Source: the human T2T-CHM13v2.0 reference genome, Homo sapiens
Assembly: GCF_009914755.1 (NCBI RefSeq)
Contig: NC_060942.1
DNA length: 64,000 nucleotides
Reading direction: 5' to 3' (one strand)
Position 1 is the stretch's first letter. Each line of letters begins with the position of its first letter. A program made the translations under genes and the position numbers. The notes under the pieces are model-generated. The model worked only from the letters and a program-made list of their open reading frames with translations. It was not told where the DNA came from and made no database searches. This document shows, in pieces, positions 27,464 through 42,480 of this stretch.

Positions 27464-28197
27464 TCACCAAATACATATCACATTTAAGGTCAAGACATTG
27501 AATAGATGCATAACATCCGGAAAAAGTTTAAAAAATGGTTTTCCACATTAACCGGTTACATTAGATTACAATAAGAAAAAAACTTAATTCACTTTCTGCA
27601 TTTATCTTCTGTTTCTCCCAAATAGATGGCAGTACTTTTCCTACTGACTTAATTCATGGTAGAGTGAGAGACAAAGAGCACCTATAAATTAAGGTTAAAC
27701 TGAGTCTTAAAACACATGGAATAATACTACCGTAACAAAAGCTATTTGTCAGTGTTATGGTTTGGTATTAAGACATACACATAGTTTATGCCTTACTCTG
27801 AAATGAAGACGACTGAGTATTTCCGTAGATGCTAATTTAGGCTGTTATCTGCATTTTGAAGTCCTCCAAGACCTGTATTTTCCACTTGAATTTTGTCTTT
27901 TCAGACTTATTCAGAATCTTTTCCAAATAGAACCTCAAGTTTCACAATAAAAAGGAATGTGGGAGGGGGGAGTAGAAAGTGGAGAAAGAGAAGGAGAAGA
28001 AAAAGATGTATTAGAGAGACAGGCTCTACAAGGTACCCAAGAAACCACCTTCCTGCCAGACCTCAAAGAAGGCTGCCTTGTGAATGAGTGAAGCTCATCT
28101 ATGGGTATCAAAGGAAGAATTATTCAATCAATGATGATGGAAAAACAGCCATTTGGGGAAAAAAATCCACTTTTCAAAGTCTCTATACCAAATAATT

Positions 28198-28266
28198 TCC
28201 ACATTAATTAAAGTGATTAATTAATTAAAGTGATTAATTAACCTCCACATTAATTAAAGTGATTAA
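28198..28266. repeat. Triplicated TTAATTAAAGTGATTAA motif
   Basis: Copies at 28204-28220, 28221-28237 and 28250-28266. Confidence 0.9.
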
Positions 28267-28614
28267 ACATTTTAAATTATAAACATGAGCAAAAAATAGA
28301 GTACAATACATATCAATTCTGAGTGTATAGCACTGAAGCAATAAGAAAAAATAGGGACAATGGATGATAATATTTTTAAAAACTCAATGTAGTAACAATT
28401 AACAAAAATCTGTTCTTAAAAATCAACCTTGTAAAATATATTTGCAGAGAATAATAGCAAATATTCTACAGAAATAAACACAAATAGTAAACACATTGAA
28501 AAATATTTATCTTCACTATTTTTAAAAAAGCATTCGGTTATTTAAAATCTACTAAATTAGCAAAAGCTTTACTGAAATGCTAATGAGACTTTAGTGAATA
28601 CGGTATACTTTTTT

Positions 28615-29482
28615 TCTCCTTTGTTAAGGTGAAATTCACATATCAAACAATTAACCATTTGAAAGTAAGCAATTCAGGGCTATTACTCAAACTGATGGCA
28701 GTACTTGTTCACCAGGCCATGCAACTACCACCCTACTAGTTCCAGAACACCATCATCAATCCAGAGAAACACTCCTACCCATTAAGTAATCATGCCCCAT
28801 TCTACCCTACCCAGAGCCCTTGGCAACACCAATCTGCTTTCTGTCCTTATGGACTTGCCTATTCTGGATACTTCATCTAAATGGAGTCATACAGTATGTG
28901 AACTTGGTGTCTGGCTCCTTCACTTAGCATAATGTTTTCAAGGTTCCTCTATGTTATAGCATTTGCCAATACTTTAGTTTTATGGCTGAATAATATTCAT
29001 ATATTTTTTATGTATACATATATAACTTCATTCATCCTTTAATGGATATTTAGATTATTTCTAATCTATTTTTTCTATTTATCTACTTATTCATGGATAA
29101 CATGAATAGTGCTGCTCTGAACATTTGTGAACAGGTATCTGTGTGAATACCTGTTTCCAATTCTTTTGTGTGTGTTTTCAATTCTTTTATGGCTGAGTGA
29201 AATTGTTAGATCATGTGGCAGTTCTATGTTTAATTTTTTGAAGAACCACCAAACTGCTTTCCACACTGGGTGTATGATTTTCATTCCCACCAGCAGAGAG
29301 CTCCAGTTTCTCCACATTCTTGTCAACACATGTTATTGCCACGCTTTATTTTTTTGTCATTTGTTTCTTATTATAGCCATCTTATTGAGTGTAACACTTT
29401 ATCTCATTGCAGTTTGGATTTGTACATCCATAATGACTAATGATGTAGGGCATTTTTAATGTGTTTCTTGCTCATTTGTACA
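28615..29482 (-). mobile_element. L1MB-type 3' end
   Basis: Reverse 3' UTR (aaggtgaaattcacat...) and ORF2 C-terminal remnant (ORF 29087..29329). Confidence 0.8.
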
Positions 29483-30199
29483 CTGGAGTGAGGCTGTCAG
29501 TAAGGATTTCTCAGGCTCAAAGCGTTCAGAGGCTTGAAATATTATGGTGCTCTTTTAAAAAACATCTGTCTATCTATCTATCTTGGCTAGTGGTATTCTG
29601 AGAAGTACAAGCATGTTGATGAACAATATGGTACAGTCTAGAAAGTGTGAAAATAACGTCCAAATTCTTTGACCTTATAAATCCACTGTTATAAATTTAT
29701 CCTAAGGAAATAAACAACAGATTTATATGTGAAAATGCTCATAATATTGAATGACAAAAATCAAAACCACCCAGGGAAAGATTTGAAACATTTTTATCTA
29801 TCAACATGAGGAAAGACTATGGCAGAAATGAAGTATTTATAAAGACTATGTAGAAATGTAGAAACATGACATGGAGCAGTTAAGTGTTCTACTTTTCACC
29901 CAGGTTTGATGACAATCATAGGAACACAGATGTAGGGAAATATAAGGTCCATGAGGGGAAGGATACTTGACTTTTTTTACCAAAGAATTTTAAAGCTAAA
30001 ATAATGTCTGGTACAGATTCCCGTAAATGTTTGCTCTGAACGGATAAAGAAATGGATGCAATAACAAATACAGAATGCCAATCATAATGTACATAAAATG
30101 TGAAAATATATATGCAAAAATGAAAGTGTCCAACCAGGTCCCTCATTGACACCTGGAGTTCAATCCAAACCCTCCTCCATCACGCTGGAATTCATCAGC

Positions 30200-30560
30200 T
30201 CCTGTTTCAGGAAGGTATAGTCCTTCACCAGCTCCTCAAGCCAGAAATCTGGGCATCATCTTAGGTCTTTCCTTCTTCCCAGTAGCCCACTCCTAAGCCA
30301 TTCATTCTCCAAACTCTTGACTCTTCCTTAATATCTCCCCACCATCTTCAGTTCTCTGCTACATCATCGCCACCCTAGCTAAAGCTGTCATTCCTTCTGG
30401 ATGGATTAGTGCCACAGCCTGCACAACAGTTTCCTGCTGCCAGTCTTCTCCACTGTCAATCCCTCTTCCACACAGATGGCCAGAGTGCATTGTTTCATAA
30501 CACAAATCTTTACATTTATCTCTCCTTTATAAAAGTTGTTAAATTATTTCTATTGCCCAT
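30200..30560 (+). mobile_element. L2 fragment
   Basis: ctcaagccagaaatctgggcatcatctt...cccttccacacag-type L2 tracts. Confidence 0.65.
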
Positions 30561-30644
30561 AAGAGAAACCCACATTTCTTGTTATAGTTTCCATTAGGAG
30601 CCCTCAATATTGAGTGCAGATTGAATCACTGGAGTAGCTGTTAT

Positions 30645-32550
<1,906 letters not shown>

Positions 32551-33967
32551 AGTGCTAGACTTCAGCAATCAAATCTTACTCTCCAGTGTTACTTCTTAAC
32601 AATAGTTTGGGGTTCTTCAAGAGTTATGTCCATTTATAAAATAAGAGATTATATACTAAATAAAAGTGCAAGGTAAAGAAAAAATATTTAAAACAATAAT
32701 TATCAATAATGTGATACACATTTGCAAAGAAAATACTTTTTTCAAAAAATAAATGGTAAATCAATATGCAAAACAGTTGTTTATAATGCATTATAATACT
32801 TTTACATTAACGTTTGATATAATATTAATGTTTTTTATGCTCATATTCTGCAACATGAATCACCATGAAATGTTTAAATATCTCTCAAGTAAATGTAAGG
32901 CATAAATTATATTAGCAACTGCTTTGCCAAGCTTCTAGATGCCTAAATTATATTCTCAATATTCAAAATCAAGAAGAATTGTCCAAATCCAAACTCCTGA
33001 TTCTAGGAAAAAATGGTTTTTATTTATAAATCCACCTACCTAAGCCCTAAAATATACATCAATTTTGTAAGTCTGAAAAATAACTAAGCTTATGTCATAC
33101 AAATAATATTTTCTAGAATGTCATTACTATGCTTAGCCCAATTCTGCTGCTTTCAAATGCCTTTGAAATGTCCTTCCATATTCCATAAATTTGGAAACAT
33201 ACAGTTATAGCTTTACATTGTTCGTCTATAATTTTGAGGTTGAGTTTACTTCCATACCACACGGACTTGCGTTAGTGCTTTTATTGTAAATAATTTACAC
33301 TAGAAATGCTGCATCATGAAGCTGAGGTTAGAGAATTTGTTATTTAAGCAAACCAAATCAATCCCAAATCATTTTAAACTTCCTGCTCTGTGATTTGTCT
33401 TACAGCAAGGACTGGTCGGCGTGGTGGGGAGCAGACGGGCGTGAGGATCATGACTCCCTGTTACTCATCTAGGGGCTCTTCTGCCCTCACTTCTTATTGA
33501 GACCTCCTTGTTAAAGCACAGTCCCACACCTCCTTTTCTTCTCTTTCCTTCCTTGCCACTTCTAACTCTAGCTTTCTCATTTATGGTTTTCTGTCTTAAT
33601 TTTCCCAAATCCAAATGGAAATCCAAATTTTTTTTTGCGAAGGAAATAAATACCAAGTAACTTAATTGATAAATAGTTTCTAAAGAGAAATAAAACACGT
33701 CATTCTAATATTTCTTCATGAATTAAAAAGATGAGAAATGGGAACAACTATCTGAGCAGGACTTGGGGTATGCACCTGTAGGAGAGGAGTGAGGGGACAG
33801 AGCTCCTGGCCAAGAGAGGGCATGGGTGCACTTAGCCGCTCTCCTCAATTGTTTACTTGCAGGTCCAGCAGGTGAGGACACCACCGAGAATCGGTCACAA
33901 AACAAAGCAAGAGAGTCATCAAATTTTGTCTTTGCCATACCTTTATTTCTCCTTTTTTTGGCTGCTA

Positions 33968-34330
33968 TTAATTCATTTATTCATTCTTCAATTGTTGGGC
34001 AGTATGCTATACATCAGCCACTGTGGTCAGTGCTCAGGTTACAAAAAAAATGAAACATGAGAGGTTCTACCCTTAATTTGATCATATTCTAATGGGAGAA
34101 CATATAAAATCAGTGATTATCACTCAACATTAAAAGTTTAATGACTGATACTCTGGGTATTTGGGAGCCCAAAGACATCTGACCCCCTCTACCTGGGGGT
34201 ATTAACTCGGGTTATCTGGAGGAAGTGGCCAGTATTGAAGAATGGACCTGGCAGAGGACTGGCAGAGTATGTAAGGACATTCTTCCAGGGAAATAACATG
34301 GGCAAAGGCATGGCCAGGCAATAGAAAGCT
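33968..34330 (-). mobile_element. L2 3' end
   Basis: attcatttattcattc...cattctaatgggaga-like tracts...cattcttccagggaaataacatgggcaaaggcatgg. Confidence 0.65.
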
Positions 34331-34701
34331 TATTGGAATTGGCAACGGGAAGGAGGAGATGAGAACCATGGGGTAGGGAGAAGTACAGAAATACAGCTTT
34401 CCTGCAGCTCTTCGCCCGTCTAGATGAGCCCATTGCCCTGCATGCACACGGGTGCCCAGGGCCCCGGCACCCTCCATGGGTGACCCTGGATGCTATCACT
34501 ACATTTCTTCCTTTTTTTCACAACTTAACTCTTCTGTTTTTGCTAAGTCTCTTTATCTGCAAATGAGTAAAATATCAAGGACTAGCAGGACTATAATGCA
34601 GAATCAAGACATTATAAATATGCCTGGAACATAGTGGGAAATTATACATGGAAGATGTTATCTACTGATTTAGAGCAAAACTTAGAACAAAAAAGATGTT
34701 T

Positions 34702-34703
<2 letters not shown>

Positions 34704-34743
<40 letters not shown>
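34704..34743. repeat. (CA)20 microsatellite
   Basis: Uninterrupted CA run. Confidence 0.97.
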
Positions 34744-34744
<1 letters not shown>

Positions 34745-35857
34745 CTGGGTGTGAGATATGGTGAGTCAGGAGAAAGAGGAAGGAAAGGAAGGCTTGTTAG
34801 AGTACTTGATCCATGCCAGGAACTCTAGAAATTTTGCCCTATTACGGGATGAGATAAAGGTGATATAAGGTAGGGAAGGAAGCTCTGTGTATGGGCAGAA
34901 TCAAAATCCCAAATCAAAGATGGGAGCATATCTGCTTTTAGAGAAACATAAATAGGGTTTCACAAGAAACAGATCTATGTTTCAGGTCAGAAAAGCTCTA
35001 CATTAATCCACAATACGGCAATTTCCACCGATGGGAAGGACAGTTACCAGAACAAGGAAAGTCACTGCCCCTTGATGCTTGGCATTAATCAGGCCCTGGA
35101 GACTCCCCATGACCAGACACTGATGCTATCTCACCACTCAGCCATGGAACATTGACCAACAAGCTTGGCAAACAGCAGAGGATAAGGGACTCAAGAGGCA
35201 TCTGGGAAAATACTGATGTGGCATCAAAGCCATCTTGAAAATTTTGAAAGACTGCTGTGTAGAGAATGGATTAGACTACCTATGTGTAATTCTGGCGACA
35301 GCCTCAGGATCTAGAATCTCAGGGCGACACACACTTCAGGGAAGTAAATTTCTGAACACCAAGAGTCATCCAGTACATTCTTGTTATTTACTGTTTTATT
35401 TCTATCTTTAGGAAAAACATCTCCAATTTCCTCAGGCTTTAAAAATACAGATAAAAACCATCTTAGACAAGGAGACCTTGGTTATTAACAAGTTGACACA
35501 AGGCTGTGACAGGACCCACTTGGAGGAGGTGGTAGGGACGGTGGGTTCAAGGAGGCTGGGAAAACATATCCCCAATGATGAATGCACACCCAGCTCCTCA
35601 GCCATGCAGTCCCGACTGTCCCCATGATGCACTCGTAGGGGTGAAGATATTCCTAAAGGCCAATATCATTTACCAAGTCAAGCATATACAGTCACTTCCG
35701 GCCATTCATACTTTAACCAGAGTTAGTATATTAGATTAACTATCCTCTCACCCAGCACAGCCTCCAAAATTTATGTATCCTAATCATATCTATTCCTCAA
35801 AATCTAATTAACCAAAGTCCAATTCTGCATAAAATTTTCCCCAGCACATGTATGAAG

Positions 35858-36005
35858 GTGCAGGGTGTACTGGAAAGAGTACAGACTGTGTAGTCCAGGA
35901 GACCTAAATTTAATTCTGGCTCTGTTACTCACTAATGAGCAGCCTAAGGCGAGGCACTTTTTGCCTCTGGGACTCACTTTCCCTACCAGTAATACGATAG
36001 TGAAA
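35858..36005 (+). mobile_element. MIR
   Basis: ggaaagagtacagactgtgtagtccaggagacctaaatttaattctggctctgttactcact. Confidence 0.75.
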
Positions 36006-36049
36006 GCCAACACTTTTAAGAGATACGGTAAGAATTAGATAACAATGGC

Positions 36050-36229
36050 AGCTGGGTGCGGTGGCTCACACCTGTGATCCCAGCACTTTGGGAGGCCGAG
36101 GTGGGTAGATCACTTGAGGTCAAGAGTTTGAGATCAGCCTGGCCAACATGGTGAAACCCTATCTCTACTAAAAATACACCCAGCCTGGGTGACAGAGCGA
36201 GACTCCGCCTCAAAAAAAAAAAAAAAAAA
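36050..36229 (+). mobile_element. Alu with most of the right arm deleted
   Basis: Left arm to ctactaaaaataca joined to ccagcctgggtgacagagcgagactcc and poly-A. Confidence 0.92.
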
Positions 36230-36774
36230 GAGAGAGAGAAATAATAACAGCAGAGTGTTAATTTAGTTTACACGAAAATGTTAGTTCATTTTCCTCCTAA
36301 CTCTTCCATCATGTTCCTCTTTCTTCTAAAGTTCTACAATGTAGGAAAGGTAATAAATAGTGAATTATATATTTATTATCTATTCCTCTGAGCTGCAGGT
36401 CATGGGAGCAGATGACAAGCTTTCAGGTAGGTGCCGGAATGAGAAGAGGGCCATAAAATATTCGGAAGGCCAGGCCAGGCCCAAGGCTGCAGCTGTGGGG
36501 CAGGTGGAGTGAGAGACTGCGGTGGAGAGGTTGCTGAGAAGGTGAAAAATTCTGGAAGAAAAACTCAGGGTCACTAAAGACACACATCACTGATGCTGCC
36601 TTCCATCCAGTGCCATTTAGCCCATTTATTTGGGATTCTAACCACATGGAGTAGAGTAGGTACAAACCCCAATATAACAGCATTGGCAAGAAACTGAAAA
36701 AGACTATCATAGAGAATGATTTGGTACCATGCAAGTTCTGTAATTTCCAAATTTCATCCATGTGACTGTGCGTA

Positions 36775-37190
36775 ATTTGGAGACAGGATTTGGTTTGGAG
36801 TTGCCTCTATTACCTTGTAGCAGTGTATGACCTTGGGCAAGAATTAGGACTTCTCTAATAACAGCAACAACATGAACAACAGCTTGTACTATTTGACCAC
36901 TTACAATGGGTCAAGCACAGTCCCAAGGGCATGGCCTATATTAACTCGAACCTCACAAAAACCTATGAGATGATAGCTGTTATCTTCCTTTGACAGTTGA
37001 GGAAACTGAGGCACACTGGGACTCACTTTCCCCACCAGTAATACGATATGCAACTAGCTCACAGTCACCCAAGATCCTAAATTTTCTCATATATTAAATA
37101 GCATAAAAATTGTCATGAAAAATATTTGTCAGGATAAAATGAGATATTCTATTTGAAAACTGCTGCATAAAGTGAGCATCCATATCTATT
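36775..37190. mobile_element. MIR(+) interrupted by MIR(-) (about 36857-37070)
   Basis: Plus-strand tgaccttgggcaag...ttctct resumes at tttctcatatattaaat. Between them is a minus-strand MIR (gaggaaactgaggcaca). Confidence 0.7.
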
Positions 37191-40100
37191 ACTAAAGGTG
37201 AATCAAAATATCAACACGGCATTGGCCTAAGGGTTGTTCATACGGGTGGGTGTCATGCAGTGCTACCACTCAGCTCGCCTTCGTGCCTGTGTCTAGCTTT
37301 TGGCAGTAAAAACAATGTGTATTCATTACTCCAAGAGCGTTGACTCCATCAGATATTGGGCTACAAAAGTTCTCTTTCAGCAATGCTTCCATCCAGAATC
37401 TACTGATCATAAATGTGTCTTTGCCCACTATGGAGAGCAGCAGTCTCCATCTAGGTCGGCATATGTCTCCGTGAGGCAGTGCCTCAATCACCAGGGGTGG
37501 AAGAAAACAGCACTTAAGGCAAAGTTCTCCTATACATGATCAGAAGGTATATATATGATCCACATACTTTTCAGATAAATTAGACAATGGATTCCTAATC
37601 TTTTGATGCACAGGTGGCCAGAAGTAAAGATATAGCTTGGACCAGTTTTTTAAATTGTTGTATTGAGCGGCAACATCTGCTTTCAGGAAGCTGGCCCGAG
37701 GAGAGAAGAAGGCTGTGTGTTGTGCCTGAATGAGTTAGGGAATGGAAAGAGAAGGGGACGGGGCAAGGTGAGGAACCCAAGCCTCCTCACTGATCAGCTA
37801 TCAGAAGAAAGCAGGCAGCCAAGAGTGGTTTCAAAAAATGACTCAGAACATGCAGGGTGTGAGTTTGCTTTTATATATTTTGTCTCCCATTTCGTACTTA
37901 TTAGCTCTTTTCTCCAGGGTACTGTCTCAAATATGAAAAATTAACATCAAGAATTTCATTTGTGTGAGAATGGAATTATTTGTATGAGGATGGATCCACC
38001 AGGTGATTCTGCAGATCTAGGGTCCATCTCCAATTAGCACAACTAACGAAGCATGGGGTGAAGTTTACAGCTTTGTGTGCCAAGGGATGAGTCAGCACTT
38101 GTACTGGCAAGCAGAGTATACACAGCAGTGGCTCACTCTGTAGTCCTCCCCACAGTCGTCGGGATGGGAGGATAAACTGCCAGGCTGGGTCTGTCCCTCA
38201 GTCTTCTTGTCGTAGGCCGACGCTTGATACCTTGATTCTTGGCACTGGGAGCCTTGTGTGTTTCAAGGATAGAAGCATGTCAGGAAAAAACATTACTGAG
38301 GCCCATCCTAATTTCTTGGTTGGTGGGCTTCTGGACCAAGTTTCATGTGCTTGTAAAAAGAGAAAAGATGAAACTCTAGATGCCCCTCCTCCCACAGGGG
38401 GAAAGAGCAATGCATCTGAGGGGGCTAACCTTTGGGGGAAGCTGAATCCAACCAGGAATGCTGCCATTGAAGGAAGCAAAGAAAATACTCAGTTAATTAT
38501 AAGGACAAATATCCAAGCAAGGGAAAATCATGGACTAAGTATCAGAAACGCTAATTTTAGCCCTTTGAAAATAGACTTATCCAAAGTCCTAGGAGCCACA
38601 GTGGAGGAAACAATCTTACACACACGATGAATAAAGAGCTCCGTAAAGATGGGGGAAGAATGGAAAGCCAGACAGATCCGTGCTCAGACTCCAGCTGAGA
38701 CATGCAATGGTTTCATGCAACTCATTTGCCCTCTAGAGCCCGTTTCTTCATTGCAATCCCTACCTCAGCACTATCTGCAGGTTGGGCACTGCGTTTATAC
38801 AGAAAAAGGGCACCCTCTTGGAGAAAAGAGACTACACAAAGGCATAGCCCTCCGTGGCAAGGCTTGGCCAGGAGACCAGCCTCTTGATGTAAATCAGAGG
38901 ATTTCGCTGCTTCCCGCTGGATGGAGCCTGACGAAGGAATCTCCTGCTCAGCTCCTCCTCAGGCTGGGGCCTGCACACAGAGCACAGGGCTCCAGCTGCA
39001 CAGCCCTGTCCACCCTGAGGACTTGTTTAGAGAATGAATAGGACAATGCTTGGATACAGAGAGTGCCTAACTTAAAGAACAGCAAAGCTCACCTGGAACA
39101 AGAAAGGAAGGAGTCATTAATTGAAAAAGGAATAGAATAATCCCTAGGGTCTCATGGTTCATAGATGCTCTATAAACAGGAGATATTATCATCACAAATT
39201 TTCCCTATATAGTTTCTAACTCAAAAGTTTCTTTCAATGAATAGCATGCTTTAAGCACAGCACAAGAATCCAGACTGGCCTTCAAATTTCACTAACATCG
39301 CCACACATCTAACACGGAGTCAAACAAACTACGTCTATGTAATCTGTAATGACATAATTGAAACCGGGTTTACATTTATTTAAGTAGCATAGTTTTGGTG
39401 GAATGAAAATATTTTAGTAAGCGGCACAACATATGTTTGAGCAAAATTTACAGAGGTGTCCCCTGCCCCCATGGACTCCTCACTTACCTATAAGAACACT
39501 GTTCTGGAAATGAGGGGAAAAAAAAAAGGCAGAAGGGAGTGTTGTTAAGTTTCAGCTCTGCACAACGGCACCTTTAACAGACCTGCCAACTAGTCAAAAT
39601 CTAAATAGGGTGGTTTGAAAAAATCTTTATTACTGCCAGTTAATATTCATAGGACTCTGGAGGAACGAGAACTTTCAATGACTCAATATTTATAAATGCT
39701 ACTGTTGTCCCACCAAAACTTATGTCAGATTCCTAAGAGATGCCGGGACCTTTTGCGATAATGAGGGTGAGGGTATGCATTTTAAATGGGGGAAAGAAGT
39801 TGTTAGGAAAACAAAATTTAACACCTATAAATGAGCGCTTGGTGGTCTTGAATTTGAATACTACTTGAATATGATCGACTTGTCTGGGTTTTAATTTTAA
39901 TTTACCAATGTCTTGAACATACAAAAAACATTCAAAATGTACAACACTGATGACCAAGACAGGTTTTGTCTTTTTATTTGAACTTTTGCTATGTTATCTA
40001 TGCAGATGCCAAAAAAGGATAAACTTCAAATTTGGGATATCGAAATGACTGAGTTGTGTTTACATCTCTGATGGTATAATCATAACTCTAAATGCTTGAG

Positions 40101-41036
40101 AAACAATAACATTAGTGAAGTGAAGTCAACTCTAAATTAAAAGTCAGTGTTTCCATTACCCACACTAACAGTATTTTCAGTTTATATAACTTGATCATTA
40201 AAAAGTGCTCTGGGCTGAAAACCTGGTCTGTGTCAATCTTGGACTAAATTAGTTTGCAAAGCTCTGAAGTTTGTTTGTTCTTCTCTTTTATCCTTTTTCA
40301 AGAATGTATTAATTTTAAATGCTACACATAAAACTAAACCAAAAAAATCTACAACACCTGATGAGCCAATGCGATTACAGGCATCACTAGTTTTTCAGAA
40401 GAAATTTATGATTTCTATAAACCCACCTTCAAGTTTCCTATGGCTGGAAGTAAAACACTCAAGTTTTTCTTTTTTCACTCAATCTTTCACATATCCCTTC
40501 TCTATTGGTTACTTCATCAAAAATACTGGAACTTGAAATTGGAACTATAACCTTTTGCAGAAATAAACTTCAAATTGGAATTTAACTTTATGGAAATAAA
40601 GTTTACTGTTATGACTTCTATTAAATTGACTCATAACAGAGTAGAGCTTTCATCTGGGGATAGCAAAAAAAAGGAAAGGGAAGATGTTATGTTAGATGCT
40701 GACATGTTCAAACTGTATTGCAGTATAGGATGACTGCAGAGGGCATTTGTGTATGAATAAAAACTGTCTTTGACAGAGACTTGGAAATATCAAAGCCCAT
40801 ATATTTAGGAGCGAGGTTAGGAGAGGCAGACCTAGCTCCTTAATACTGGTTGGGCAAGGAAGGCCTGGAAAGAGGCAGGTCAAGAGGCCAGCTGTGACTA
40901 CACTTGAGATGACTACCTCCCTTCACCATCACCTCCCTTCACCACTCCCTTCTTCATGGTACTAGTAGAGGTCCCACCTGAAGTGTCCAGGTATTGTGAC
41001 TTTTTGCCTGGGAAGAAGGAGCCAAAGCAAGAACAA

Positions 41037-41039
<3 letters not shown>

Positions 41040-41082
<43 letters not shown>
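41040..41082. repeat. (TG)n microsatellite
   Basis: About 21 TG units. Confidence 0.97.
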
Positions 41083-41086
<4 letters not shown>

Positions 41087-41347
41087 AAGCTTGCCTGTCT
41101 GTCTATACTCTGTGGAGGAGAACACAGAGTAACTACAGTTATAAATGCAGAGAAAAGAATGTTGCTTTAGGATTTCATATCATATTTTTATTTTGACATT
41201 TGTAGAATTATGGAAAATCATCAATTTGAACTAGAAACACTTAGACTCTTGTGAGTCAGAAGAGATCATAAATTTCACTTCCACCCTCCAGCCACCTTCC
41301 TATATTACTCAGCAACCTAAATTTTTTTGCAGACATGAATAAGTTAC

Positions 41348-41366
41348 ATATATATATATATATATA
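41348..41366. repeat. (TA)n microsatellite
   Basis: Short TA run. Confidence 0.9.
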
Positions 41367-41759
41367 AACTCAAAATTTAAAAATCTGATAAGTTGTGATG
41401 CATCCTATAATGAAATATTTCTAATGATGAAGAACTCATCATTTTTGAAAAAGCCTTTTATCTGGATAACACCTTTAGTTATAAGATTCTTCCTTATGGT
41501 CCTGAGAGTACCTTATTAAGAAATATCCAAATGATTTTTGGTTAATAAGCACTGTATCATATAAGATAATACTACTACTAACATTACTGTTGCTAACATT
41601 TCTATTAAGTCCCAAAAGATGTGAACCTGGTGAAATATAATAAATGCTCTTTATCAAGATAACATAACCAAAGTACCCTTATTTAAACACTGTGTTTCAT
41701 CAAGATTTTAATAATGGGATAACATGTGGTTTTTAATCAAACATTAAAATCGCATTTTA

Positions 41760-42480
<721 letters not shown>

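Noticed and set aside
38198-39041. ORFs of 93-132 aa in unique sequence
   Set aside because: No recognisable protein similarity; lengths are compatible with chance in locally GC-richer DNA.
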